DNA of 64,000 nucleotides from an uncultured Collinsella sp. (GTDB lineage: Bacteria > Actinomycetota > Coriobacteriia > Coriobacteriales > Coriobacteriaceae): contig UQWZ01000006.1 in assembly GCA_900544895.1 (NCBI GenBank), positions 41,613-105,612 of the forward strand, given 5' to 3'. The position numbers and the translations under genes were made by a program. Below, in pieces: positions 30,532 to 39,883 of this stretch. Every line of letters begins with the position of its first letter. The stretch's first letter is position 1. A model generated the notes under the pieces. That model was not told the origin of the DNA, searched no databases, and saw only the letters and a program-made list of their open reading frames with translations.

Positions 30532-30857
30532 AACTGACCCTCCTTGGGCGACAAACGAACATGTCGCGTTAACAAACAAGCCTGAACTATAGCACAGAAG
30601 CAGCTCCCTGTGCGTAATCTACACAGAGATATTCCTCTTTTGGCGATAGTGCTCACGCCACGGCCCTGGACGTAGATCCGACTTGCGTGCAGCAGAGGGG
30701 ATTATGCCAGCTCGTGCGTGCGTTTTCAAGCTCGTCCCACAAATATATATAGGTTTATGGAGCGCCTGCGCCCGTTTACGGATTGTTCTGTATTTATGCT
30801 CGCAATTAAGCTCGAGGTTGGCTACACTATCCCTTGACCATTAAAGGGGTACGAGAT

Positions 30858-31567
<710 letters not shown>

Positions 31568-31571
31568 TACC

Positions 31572-32516
31572 GTGGCGTTCAACCATAAGCACCTGATCGA
31601 CATTACCGAGTACTCCGAAGAGGACATCAAGCTCATCCTCGAGACCGCCAAGGCGTTCTCTGAGGTCAACGAGCGTGCGATCAAGAAGGTCCCCACGCTC
31701 AAGGGCAAGACCATCGTCAACATGTTCAACGAGCCCTCGACGCGCACCCGCAGCTCCTTCGAGCTCGCCGAGAAGCGCCTTTCGGCCGACAGCCTCAACT
31801 TTGGCGGCTCCTCGACCTCCACGGTCAAGGGCGAGAGCCTCGTCGACACCGTCGAGACCCTCAACGCCTACAAGATTGATTGCATCGTCGTTCGCGATAA
31901 GCACGCCGGTGCTCCCTACATCGTCACGCAGAACTCGCCCGCGAGCGTCATCTGCGCCGGCGACGGCAAGCACAACCACCCCACGCAGGCCCTGCTCGAC
32001 CTGTACACCATCTGGGAGCACAAGGGTGACTTCCACGGTCTGAAGGTCGCCGTCGTCGGCGATATCGCGCACTCCCGCGTGTGCGGCTCGCTGATCCCCG
32101 CCCTTAAGATCATGGGCTGCGAGACCTACGCTGTCGCCCCCGGCACGCTGCTGCCGCCGGCGCCCGAGGTTCTGGGTTGCGACCATGTGACGAGCGACCT
32201 CGATTCCGTCCTGCCCGAGCTGGACGTCGTCTACATGTTGCGCGTGCAGCAGGAGCGCCTCGAGGGCGCACCGTTCCCCACGATTCGTGAGTACCACAAG
32301 CTCTTCGGTCTGACCAAGGACCGCGAGAAGCTCATGAAGCCCGATGCGATTATCTGCCACCCGGGCCCCATCAACCGCGGCGTTGAGTTCGACTCCTATA
32401 TGGCCGACCACCCGCAACGCTCCGTCATCCTGGAGCAGGTCTACGCCGGTATCTGCGTGCGTATGGCTATCCTGTATCTGCTGCTTGGAGGTGCCGATAA
32501 TGGCCTTGCTTCTTAA
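31572..32516 (+). CDS. pyrB: aspartate carbamoyltransferase catalytic subunit
   Basis: STRTR, HPTQALLD and HPGP motifs. GTG at 31572 was chosen because VAFNHKHLIDITEYS aligns with the usual ATCase N-terminus; the ORF-track start at 31521 overlaps pyrR. Confidence 0.9.
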   Translation: MAFNHKHLIDITEYSEEDIKLILETAKAFSEVNERAIKKVPTLKGKTIVNMFNEPSTRTRSSFELAEKRLSADSLNFGGSSTSTVKGESLVDTVETLNAYKIDCIVVRDKHAGAPYIVTQNSPASVICAGDGKHNHPTQALLDLYTIWEHKGDFHGLKVAVVGDIAHSRVCGSLIPALKIMGCETYAVAPGTLLPPAPEVLGCDHVTSDLDSVLPELDVVYMLRVQQERLEGAPFPTIREYHKLFGLTKDREKLMKPDAIICHPGPINRGVEFDSYMADHPQRSVILEQVYAGICVRMAILYLLLGGADNGLAS

Positions 32517-33789
32517 GAATGCCCACGTCGTCGATCCGTCCGTCGAGCTTGACGGTGTCGTCGACGTCCTGATCGACGGTGACAAGATCGCCGAGGTCGG
32601 CGAGAACCTCGCCGCCGAGGGAGCCGAGGTCCGCGACCTTTCCGGCAAGTATCTCGTCCCCGGCCTGGTGGATATGCACGTGCATCTGCGCGAGCCTGGC
32701 TACGAGGTCAAAGAGGACATCGAGAGCGGCACCCGCGCTGCTGCCAAGGGCGGCTTCACCGGCGTGTGCGCCATGCCCAACACCGATCCCGTCACCGATA
32801 ACGGCACCGTCGTGGAGTTCGTCAAGTCCCGCGCTGCCGAGGTCGGCCACTGCCGCGTCTATCCGTCGGGCGCCATGACCCGCGGTCTTAAGGGCGAGGC
32901 CATGTCCGAGATGGGCGATATGGTCGCCCACGGCGCCGTCGCCTTCACCGACGACGGTCGCGGCGTGCAGGGCGCGGGCATGCTCCGTCGCTGCATGGAC
33001 TACGGCAAGATGTTCGGCAAGGTCTTTATGAGCCACTGCCAGGACGAGGATCTGGTCGGCCACGGCCAGATCAACGAGGGCAAGGTCTCGACCCGTCTGG
33101 CCCTCGAGGGTTGGCCGGCCGCCGGCGAGGAGCTTCAGATTGCCCGCGACATCGAGATTGCCAAGCTGACCGGTGCCAAGCTGCACATCCAGCACATCTC
33201 CACCGCTCATGGCCTGGAGCTCGTGCGTGCCGGTAAGGCTGCCGGTGTCCAGGTGACCTGCGAGGCCACCCCGCACCACATGTTCCTGACCGAGAACGAC
33301 CTGGACGAGACCTACAACACCTCGCTCAAGGTCAATCCGCCGCTGCGCACTGACGAGGATGCCGAGGCCATCCGTCAGGGTGTCATCGACGGTACCGTCG
33401 ACGCTATCGTTACCGACCACGCTCCCCACACCCCGTGGGAGAAGGCCCGCGAGTTCGAGCTCGCGCCCTTTGGAATGATTGGCCTCGAGACTTCGCTGTC
33501 GCTCGTGCTCACTGAGCTGGTCAACACGGGCAAGATGAGCGTGAGCCGCATGGTCGAGCTCATGGCCATCAAGCCGCGTGAGATTCTGGGCCTCGATCAG
33601 GTTCAGGTCAAGGCGGGCTCTGTCGCCGACCTGACCGTGTTCGACCCCTCCGCAACCTGGACGGTTGGCGAGGACGGTTACGAGTCGCGCGCCGAGAACT
33701 CCGGTTTTGCCGGCCGCACGCTCACCGGTCGTGCCACCGATGTATTTGTCGGCGGTAAACAGACGCTTGCCGACGGCTGCATCTGCTAG
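32500..33789 (+). CDS. pyrC: dihydroorotase
   Basis: MALLLKNAHVVDP, metal-binding DMHVHLREPG, and TDHAPH. ATG at 32500 with a GGAGGTG RBS; overlaps the pyrB end by 17 nt. Confidence 0.92.
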   Translation: MALLLKNAHVVDPSVELDGVVDVLIDGDKIAEVGENLAAEGAEVRDLSGKYLVPGLVDMHVHLREPGYEVKEDIESGTRAAAKGGFTGVCAMPNTDPVTDNGTVVEFVKSRAAEVGHCRVYPSGAMTRGLKGEAMSEMGDMVAHGAVAFTDDGRGVQGAGMLRRCMDYGKMFGKVFMSHCQDEDLVGHGQINEGKVSTRLALEGWPAAGEELQIARDIEIAKLTGAKLHIQHISTAHGLELVRAGKAAGVQVTCEATPHHMFLTENDLDETYNTSLKVNPPLRTDEDAEAIRQGVIDGTVDAIVTDHAPHTPWEKAREFELAPFGMIGLETSLSLVLTELVNTGKMSVSRMVELMAIKPREILGLDQVQVKAGSVADLTVFDPSATWTVGEDGYESRAENSGFAGRTLTGRATDVFVGGKQTLADGCIC

Positions 33790-33809
33790 CATAGCCTTAT
33801 CGCTTTTGT

Positions 33810-33847
33810 GCGCGGCGCCCTTGCGGTGCCGCGCTTTCTGTTCGTTT
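33810..33847 (+). terminator. terminator-like hairpin between pyrC and pyrK (possible internal attenuator)
   Basis: GCGCGGCGCC-CTTGC-GGTGCCGCGC (one G-U pair) followed by TTTCTGTTCGTTT. Confidence 0.4.
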
Positions 33848-33881
33848 AGACCATGCAACCGCATGGGGGATTGGAGCGTCT

Positions 33882-34673
33882 ATGCCCACACCTTCCACTG
33901 CACGCATGCACGACTTCGAGGTCGTCTCGAACCGGGAGATCGCCGACGGTATCTTCTCGCTCGTTATCTCGGCCCCCAAGCTTGCAAGTGCGCTCAAGCC
34001 CGGTCAGTTTGTGAACATCGCCGTCCCCGGCGATGCGTCTTCTCTGCTTCGTGTGCCCTTGAGTTTCTACCGCGCCGACGCCGAGGCCGGCACCGTCGAG
34101 CTGTGGTACGCTGTCGTGGGCGACGATACCCGCCGTTTGTCCCAGATGGGCCCTGGCTCCACCTCTAACCTGTTGGGCCCCGGTGGCCGTGGCTGGATGG
34201 TACCCGAGGGCACCAGGAAGGCACTGCTCGTCGCCGGTGGCATCGGCGTTCCGCCTGTGCTGTGTCTTGTCGGCATGCTTGCCGAGCAGGGTGTTGATGT
34301 GGACGTGTGCCTGGGCTTTGGCACCGCTTCCAAGGCCGTGGGTGTCGATGAGTTCCGTGCGCTGGGCGCCACGGTTAACGTGTGCACCGACGACGGTTCG
34401 CTCGGCACGCACGGTTTTTGCACCGATCCGGCAGCCGAGCTGCTTGGAGAGGGCGGCTACGACTACGTCGCCAGCTGCGGCCCCGCCGTCATGATGAAGA
34501 AGGTCGCCGCCGCTGCCGCCGAGGCCGGTGTGTACTGCGAGGTGTCGCTCGAACGCATGATGAGCTGTGGCTTTGGCGCCTGCAACACCTGCAATGTCGA
34601 GACGGTCGACGGTATGAAGGGTGCTTGTATGTGCGGCCCCGTGTTCGATGCTTCCAAGGTGGTGGTCTTCTAG
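33882..34673 (+). CDS. pyrK: dihydroorotate dehydrogenase electron-transfer subunit
   Basis: 263 aa. FAD/NAD-binding ferredoxin-reductase fold plus a C-terminal 2Fe-2S Cys cluster (CGFGACNTC ... CMCGP). Confidence 0.9.
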   Translation: MPTPSTARMHDFEVVSNREIADGIFSLVISAPKLASALKPGQFVNIAVPGDASSLLRVPLSFYRADAEAGTVELWYAVVGDDTRRLSQMGPGSTSNLLGPGGRGWMVPEGTRKALLVAGGIGVPPVLCLVGMLAEQGVDVDVCLGFGTASKAVGVDEFRALGATVNVCTDDGSLGTHGFCTDPAAELLGEGGYDYVASCGPAVMMKKVAAAAAEAGVYCEVSLERMMSCGFGACNTCNVETVDGMKGACMCGPVFDASKVVVF

Positions 34674-34687
34674 TGGGTACCGTGAAC

Positions 34688-35596
34688 ATGGCCGTCGATT
34701 TCGGCGGCGTCAAGATGCAGAACCCCATTAACACCGCAGCCGGTACCTTTGGCTACGGTTGGCAGTTCCAGAACTTCTTTGATGTTTCCCAGCTGGGCGC
34801 CATCACCACCAAGGGTTGCGCTGCCGAGCCCTGGCCCGGCAATCCCGCGCCCCGCATGGCCGAGATTCCCGGCGGTATGATCAACTCCGTGGGTCTTCAG
34901 AACCCCGGCGTGGCCGCCTTTGCCCGCGAGTCCGGTCCGTGGCTCGAACAGCTGTCCAAGGACGGCTGCCAGGTCATCTGTCAGGTTGCCGGTCACTCCG
35001 TTGACGAGTTTGTCCGCGCACTCGAGATGTATGTCGAGCTGTGCCCCTGGGCTGCCGGCTACGAGATCAACGTGAGCTGCCCTAATATCGCCGCCGGCGG
35101 TGCCGCCATGGGCTCCACGCCCGAGGGCGCCTCTTCCGTTATGGCTGCTTGCCGCAAGGTGACCGATAAGCCGCTGTTCGTGAAGATGGCGCCGGTCAAC
35201 GTCGCCGAGATCGCCAAGGCCCTCGAGGCTGCCGGCGCCGACGGCCTTTCGGTCATCAACTCCATCCAGGGCATGGCCATCGACGTCCATACCCGCAAGT
35301 CCCGCGTGGCCAAGCCCAAGGGCGGCCTTTCGGGCCCGCTGTGCCACCACATCGCCGTGCGCATGGTCTGGGAGGTTGCCCAGGCCGTCGATATCCCCAT
35401 CAACGGTGTCGGCGGTGTCATGACTGGCGAGGATGCGGCTGAGTTTATCCTGGCCGGCGCCACCTGCGTGTCGGTCGGCATGGCCAACTTCGTCGATCCG
35501 TGCGCTTCGCTTAAGATCGCGCATGAGCTCGAGGCCTGGGCCGAGTCCCAGGGCGTAAAGGACATCAACGAGCTGGTGGGTGCTTTCGAATGCTAG
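34688..35596 (+). CDS. pyrD: dihydroorotate dehydrogenase 1B catalytic subunit
   Basis: MAVDFGGVKMQNPINTAAGTFGYG matches the class 1B N-terminus. ATG at 34688 (GTG at 34673 is possible); the ORF-track start at 34382 overlaps pyrK. Confidence 0.92.
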   Translation: MAVDFGGVKMQNPINTAAGTFGYGWQFQNFFDVSQLGAITTKGCAAEPWPGNPAPRMAEIPGGMINSVGLQNPGVAAFARESGPWLEQLSKDGCQVICQVAGHSVDEFVRALEMYVELCPWAAGYEINVSCPNIAAGGAAMGSTPEGASSVMAACRKVTDKPLFVKMAPVNVAEIAKALEAAGADGLSVINSIQGMAIDVHTRKSRVAKPKGGLSGPLCHHIAVRMVWEVAQAVDIPINGVGGVMTGEDAAEFILAGATCVSVGMANFVDPCASLKIAHELEAWAESQGVKDINELVGAFEC

Positions 35597-36306
35597 AGAA
35601 TGATGCCCGCGACCGTGTTATCGTCGCCCTCGACTGCGACCGTGAGCGCGCGCTCGAGCTCGCCCACGAGCTTTCGGGCCATGCCGCCTGGCTCAAGGTC
35701 GGCATGACGCTCTATTACGCTGAGGGTCCCCAGATCGTCAAGACCTTTAAGGACCTTGGCTTTAAGGTCTTCCTCGACCTTAAGTTCCATGACATTCCGC
35801 ATCAGGTTCGCGGCGCTGCCCGCTCGGCCTCGCTTGCCGGTGCCGACCTGCTTTCGGTCCACGGCCTGGGCTCGGGTGCTATGCTCGCTGCCTGCCGCGA
35901 GGGTGCCGAGGAGGCGCGTGAGGACCGCGCCAAACTCGTCGCCATCACCGTGCTCACGAGCATGAATCAGGATGCCTTGAGCGAGATCGGCGTCGAGTCG
36001 CCCGTGGCCGAGGAGGCCGCCCGCTTGGCAAAGCTTGCTCAGGACAGTGGCATCGATGGCATCGTGTGCTCACCGATGGAGGCTCACGACATGCGTGAGC
36101 TGCTGGGTCCTGATGCCCTGATCGTGACTCCGGGTGTGCGTCCGGTGGGTGCCGCCCTTGGTGACCAGTCTCGCGTGGCGACGCCTTCCCAGGCTATCGA
36201 GCGTGGCGCAAGCCACATTGTGGTGGGCCGTCCCATCACCGGTGCCGACGATCCGGTTGCCGCCTTTGACGCCATCGTCGCCGAGCTGGTCGAAAACGTC
36301 GCGTAA
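35590..36306 (+). CDS. pyrF: orotidine-5'-phosphate decarboxylase
   Basis: 238 aa with VALD ... FLDLKFHDIP ... and the VVGRPI signature. Confidence 0.93.
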   Translation: MLENDARDRVIVALDCDRERALELAHELSGHAAWLKVGMTLYYAEGPQIVKTFKDLGFKVFLDLKFHDIPHQVRGAARSASLAGADLLSVHGLGSGAMLAACREGAEEAREDRAKLVAITVLTSMNQDALSEIGVESPVAEEAARLAKLAQDSGIDGIVCSPMEAHDMRELLGPDALIVTPGVRPVGAALGDQSRVATPSQAIERGASHIVVGRPITGADDPVAAFDAIVAELVENVA

Positions 36307-36428
36307 AAGATTCCCCTAAGTCACCACTTTTGGGTCTCATTAGCACAAAATAGCCCCTGTGCCTGCGTAAACTTTCCCATCCTTTGTGTGGAATCGCAGG
36401 TCAGGGGCTTAACTTTGGGCGCAGTATA

Positions 36429-36457
36429 TTGCACTTTTTGCGGGTATCGTCTAACCT
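36429..36457 (+). promoter_or_regulatory. candidate promoter of mihF-gmk-rpoZ
   Basis: -35 TTGCAC (36429-36434), 17-nt spacer, -10 TAACCT (36452-36457). An 8-bp leader hairpin GGCATTTT/AAAATGCC lies at 36473-36504. Confidence 0.4.
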
Positions 36458-36545
36458 ATGGAGCCGCGATTAGGCATTTTGTACGTTCTACGTGCTAAAA
36501 TGCCAATTATTGAATCAGATATAACCCAACTATTTGGAGGTACGA

Positions 36546-36854
36546 ATGGCACTCCCTCAGCTTACCGACGAGCAGCGCAAGCAGGCTCTTGAGAAGGCTG
36601 CTGCCGCACGTCACGCCCGCGCTGAGCTTCGCGAGCAGATCAAGAAGGGCGAGAAGTCCCTCGAGTCCGTGCTCAACTCCGATGACCCCATCGCTTCCCG
36701 CATGAAGGTTTCCACCCTCATCGAGTCTCTCCCCGGTTATGGCAAGGCCAAGGCCGCCAAGATCATGGAGGAGCTCGGTATCTCCGCTACTCGTCGCGTC
36801 CAGGGCCTCGGTGTCCGTCAGCGCGAGCAGCTCCTCGAGCAGCTGACCAAATAA
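36546..36854 (+). CDS. mihF: integration host factor, actinobacterial type (mIHF)
   Basis: MALPQLTDEQRKQALEKAAAARHARAELREQIK is typical of mIHF. The mihF-gmk-rpoZ order is characteristic of Actinomycetota. Confidence 0.9.
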   Translation: MALPQLTDEQRKQALEKAAAARHARAELREQIKKGEKSLESVLNSDDPIASRMKVSTLIESLPGYGKAKAAKIMEELGISATRRVQGLGVRQREQLLEQLTK

Positions 36855-37424
36855 GTGAGCGCTCAGGATTCCAAGCTCTTTGTGATTTCTGGACCGTCAG
36901 GCGCAGGCAAGGGTACGCTCGTCACTCGTGTGCGCGAGCGCCGCTCGAACCTGGGTCTGACGGTTTCGGCTACCACGCGAGCACCACGCAAAGGTGAGGT
37001 CGACGGCGTCAACTACTTTTTTCTGACGCGCGAGGAGTTCGACCGCCGCGTGGCAAACGGTGAGTTTGTTGAGTGGGCCGAGGTCCACGGTAACTGCTAC
37101 GGCACGTTGGTGAGCGAGGTCACATCCAAGCTCGCCTCGGGCTCGTCTCTGATTTTGGAGATCGATGTCCAGGGCGCCCTGCAGGTGAAGGAGCGTTTCC
37201 CCGAGGCCGTGCTGATCTTTATCAAGCCGCCTTCGCTTGAGGTGCTCCGCGAGCGTCTAGTCGGTCGCGGTACCGAGACGCCCGAGACGATTGAGCTGCG
37301 TATGGCAAACGCCGCCGATGAGCTTGCCCTTGCCGACCGCTACGACGACGTCGTGGTGAATGACGATCTCGACCGCGCGACCGATGAGCTCGTTCGCGTT
37401 CTCGATATGCATGAAAGGATCTGA
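36855..37424 (+). CDS. gmk: guanylate kinase
   Basis: P-loop GPSGAGKGT and TTRAPRKGEVDGVNYFF. GTG start directly after the mihF stop. Confidence 0.93.
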   Translation: MSAQDSKLFVISGPSGAGKGTLVTRVRERRSNLGLTVSATTRAPRKGEVDGVNYFFLTREEFDRRVANGEFVEWAEVHGNCYGTLVSEVTSKLASGSSLILEIDVQGALQVKERFPEAVLIFIKPPSLEVLRERLVGRGTETPETIELRMANAADELALADRYDDVVVNDDLDRATDELVRVLDMHERI

Positions 37425-37429
37425 GGTCC

Positions 37430-37711
37430 GTGTCCGTTGTAAAGCCTTGCATTGACGATCTTCTGGAGAAGACCGATCACAACCGCTTCCTGCTCGCTTC
37501 GCTTGCCTCCAAGCGCGCCTGCGACATCAATAGCATGCTGCGTGGCCAGCACAACCGCGTGCTTGCCGTTCAGGATGTCGATGACATCACCATCGGGCTT
37601 TCCGGTGCCGATACCATCTCGATGGCTATGGACGAGATTGTCGACGGCGACATCTCTTACGACGAGGCCCGTTACGAGAAGGCGCTCGGCCACAAGGTTG
37701 CTGAAGCCTAA
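37430..37711 (+). CDS. rpoZ: DNA-directed RNA polymerase subunit omega
   Basis: 93 aa with IDDLLEKTDHNRFLLASLASKRA. GTG start. Confidence 0.85.
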   Translation: MSVVKPCIDDLLEKTDHNRFLLASLASKRACDINSMLRGQHNRVLAVQDVDDITIGLSGADTISMAMDEIVDGDISYDEARYEKALGHKVAEA

Positions 37712-38956
37712 ATGGCGGCTCGCGTCTGCCTAGTCCACTATCACGAGGTTGGGCTGAAGGGCAAGAACCGCGCACATTTTGAGCATATCCTCATGGATAA
37801 CATCAAGGCGGCCTTGGCCGCCTTTTCCGTGAACGCCGTGTCTCGAATTTCCGGTTATATCCTCGTGACCTTTAACGAGCATCAGGCCGACGAGGCGGCG
37901 CGTGTCATCCGCACCGTCCCCGGCGTTGCCCGTGTGTCTTTGGCGTATCACACCAACCGCGACCCGCAGGAGTACTGCGCCGCCGCTGTGAAGGCGCTGC
38001 GCGAGTTTGGTTCCTTCGATTCGTTTAAGGTGCACGCCAAGCGCTCCAATACTGACTATGAGCTCACCTCGATCGATATCAATCGACAGGTTGGCGAGGT
38101 ACTGTGTGAGGTGTTTCCCGATAAAAAGGTCCAGATGCACGACCCCGACGCGATGGTGCACGTTCTGGTGGTTCAGGGTAGTGTCTACGTGTATGCGCGC
38201 TCCGAGCGCGGCGTTGGCGGCCTTCCGGTGGGTTCTGCCGGCAAGGTCGTGACGCTTCTGTCGTCGGGTATCGATTCTCCGGTGGCGACCTGGATGCTCG
38301 CGCGTCGCGGCGCGGTGTGCGTGCCGGTGCATTTCTCCGGTCGTCCGCAGACGCCCGACACGAGTGAATACCTGGTGCAGGACATCATCCGTGCGCTTGA
38401 GCCGGGTGTCCAGATCGGCCGCCTGTACGTGGTGCCGTTTGGCGACTGCCAGCGTGAGATTTCGGTCACCTGTCCCAGCAACCTGCGCGTGATCATGTAT
38501 CGCCGCATTATGTATTCGGTTGCTGAGCGCATTGCACACATCGAGGGTGCCAGGGCCATCGTTACGGGCGAATCGCTTGGGCAGGTTGCCTCCCAAACGC
38601 TTGAGAACATCATGGCCGTCAACGAAGCCGTGAAGATTCCCGTGTTCCGTCCTCTCATCGGTTCGGACAAACAGGAGATCATCGCACGCGCCGAGGAGAT
38701 CGGTACGTTCGATATCTCGACTGAGGCCGCTCCCGACTGCTGCACGCTGTTTATGCCGCGTCGTCCCGAGACGCACGCCAAACTCGATGCCGTGCACGAG
38801 GCCTGGGAGCTGTTCGACCACGAGGAGATGATTGAGCGCCTGCTCAAGCAGACCGAGTACATCGACTTCGAGAGCAACACATATAAGGCCCCTAAGACCT
38901 TAAAACGCAAACATTCGGAGCTTGCTCCGCGTGAGATTTACCAAGATCACGAGTAA
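37712..38956 (+). CDS. thiI: tRNA 4-thiouridine(8) synthase ThiI (no rhodanese domain)
   Basis: 414 aa. THUMP-like N-terminal half and PP-loop LLSSGIDSPVA. Confidence 0.9.
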   Translation: MAARVCLVHYHEVGLKGKNRAHFEHILMDNIKAALAAFSVNAVSRISGYILVTFNEHQADEAARVIRTVPGVARVSLAYHTNRDPQEYCAAAVKALREFGSFDSFKVHAKRSNTDYELTSIDINRQVGEVLCEVFPDKKVQMHDPDAMVHVLVVQGSVYVYARSERGVGGLPVGSAGKVVTLLSSGIDSPVATWMLARRGAVCVPVHFSGRPQTPDTSEYLVQDIIRALEPGVQIGRLYVVPFGDCQREISVTCPSNLRVIMYRRIMYSVAERIAHIEGARAIVTGESLGQVASQTLENIMAVNEAVKIPVFRPLIGSDKQEIIARAEEIGTFDISTEAAPDCCTLFMPRRPETHAKLDAVHEAWELFDHEEMIERLLKQTEYIDFESNTYKAPKTLKRKHSELAPREIYQDHE

Positions 38957-38966
38957 ATTTGTGCAT

Positions 38967-38999
38967 AGACCGACGATGCGCCTGCATCGTCGGTCTTTT
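38967..38999 (+). terminator. intrinsic terminator after thiI
   Basis: 13-bp perfect stem AGACCGACGATGC / GCATCGTCGGTCT with loop GCCT, followed by TTTT. Confidence 0.8.
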
Positions 39000-39169
39000 G
39001 CTATCTGGGCATTTTGCGGCTAAGTGTTCATTTGCTGACGTTTGCCTGAATAAATGGACAGATTTGTGCAAGGTTTTGGTCGGTTTTTGGTTTGACCGCA
39101 AAAACCGGTTTTGGGGCGTGGCTGTTGTGGAGCTCCTTTCCTGACACGATGGTGTTGGGAGGTTTTGCT

Positions 39170-39883
39170 ATGGCGCAGCGCGAACAACACGAACGAGTCA
39201 AAAAGATGGACCGCTGGGCGGGCAAGCTGCTCGGTCATAAGGCAGTGGTGATGGCGATACTGGTCGTCATTGCGATGGCGAGTGGGCTGGCGATGGCGAA
39301 CCTTGGCGGCGGTGCCGGCGGTGTGTCGTTTGAGCGCACTGATGGTTCGGGCACGTTAGTGGTGCCGGGATCCGGCGATGCTTCGAGCGGAAAGACATCC
39401 GAAGGCTCTTCGCCTAAGGCGTCTGCCGCGGCAGAGGTCTATGTCGATGTTGATGGCGCCGTGGTGTCACCCGGTGTATATCGCCTCAAAGACGGGGCGC
39501 GGGTGGCTCGGGCGATTGATGCCGCCGGCGGGCTGGCGCCCGAAGCAGACGTTACGGGGCTTAATCGTGCATCCAAGGTCACTGATGGACAAAAAATTCA
39601 CGTTCCAACGGTAGGGGAGCAGCAGGTGTCCATTGCGGAAGCCGGTGTTGATGGTAGGGCTTCCGCATCATCAGGCGTCGGTGGCGCAACAGGCCTAGTA
39701 AACATTAATACGGCAAGCTCGGCAGAGCTGCAGACGCTCTCGGGAATCGGTCCCTCAATGGCACAGTCGATTATCGATGAGCGGACAAAGAACGGTGCTT
39801 TTGCTTCGGTTGACGATCTGATGCGCGTGTCGGGAATCGGCGAGAAGAAGCTTGCCAAAATCAAAGATTGCATCTGCGTATGA
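39170..39883 (+). CDS. comEA: ComEA family DNA-binding protein
   Basis: N-terminal TM helix, SLBB-like middle region, and C-terminal helix-hairpin-helix (NINTASSAELQTLSGIGPSMAQSII ... VSGIGEKKLAKI). ATG at 39170 with a GGGAGG RBS. Confidence 0.88.
   Translation: MAQREQHERVKKMDRWAGKLLGHKAVVMAILVVIAMASGLAMANLGGGAGGVSFERTDGSGTLVVPGSGDASSGKTSEGSSPKASAAAEVYVDVDGAVVSPGVYRLKDGARVARAIDAAGGLAPEADVTGLNRASKVTDGQKIHVPTVGEQQVSIAEAGVDGRASASSGVGGATGLVNINTASSAELQTLSGIGPSMAQSIIDERTKNGAFASVDDLMRVSGIGEKKLAKIKDCICV

Noticed and set aside
30684-30760. Small ORFs in the rpmB-pyrR divergent spacer (a 16-aa MPARACVFKLVPQIYI and a 26-aa MERLRPFTDCSV...) as possible leader peptides. Also a weak promoter guess: TTTTCA at 30723-30728 with TATATA at 30746-30751.
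   Set aside because: Neither peptide has an adequate RBS spacing or known precedent for pyr control. The promoter match is weak (4 of 6 in each hexamer), so it is not reported as a feature.
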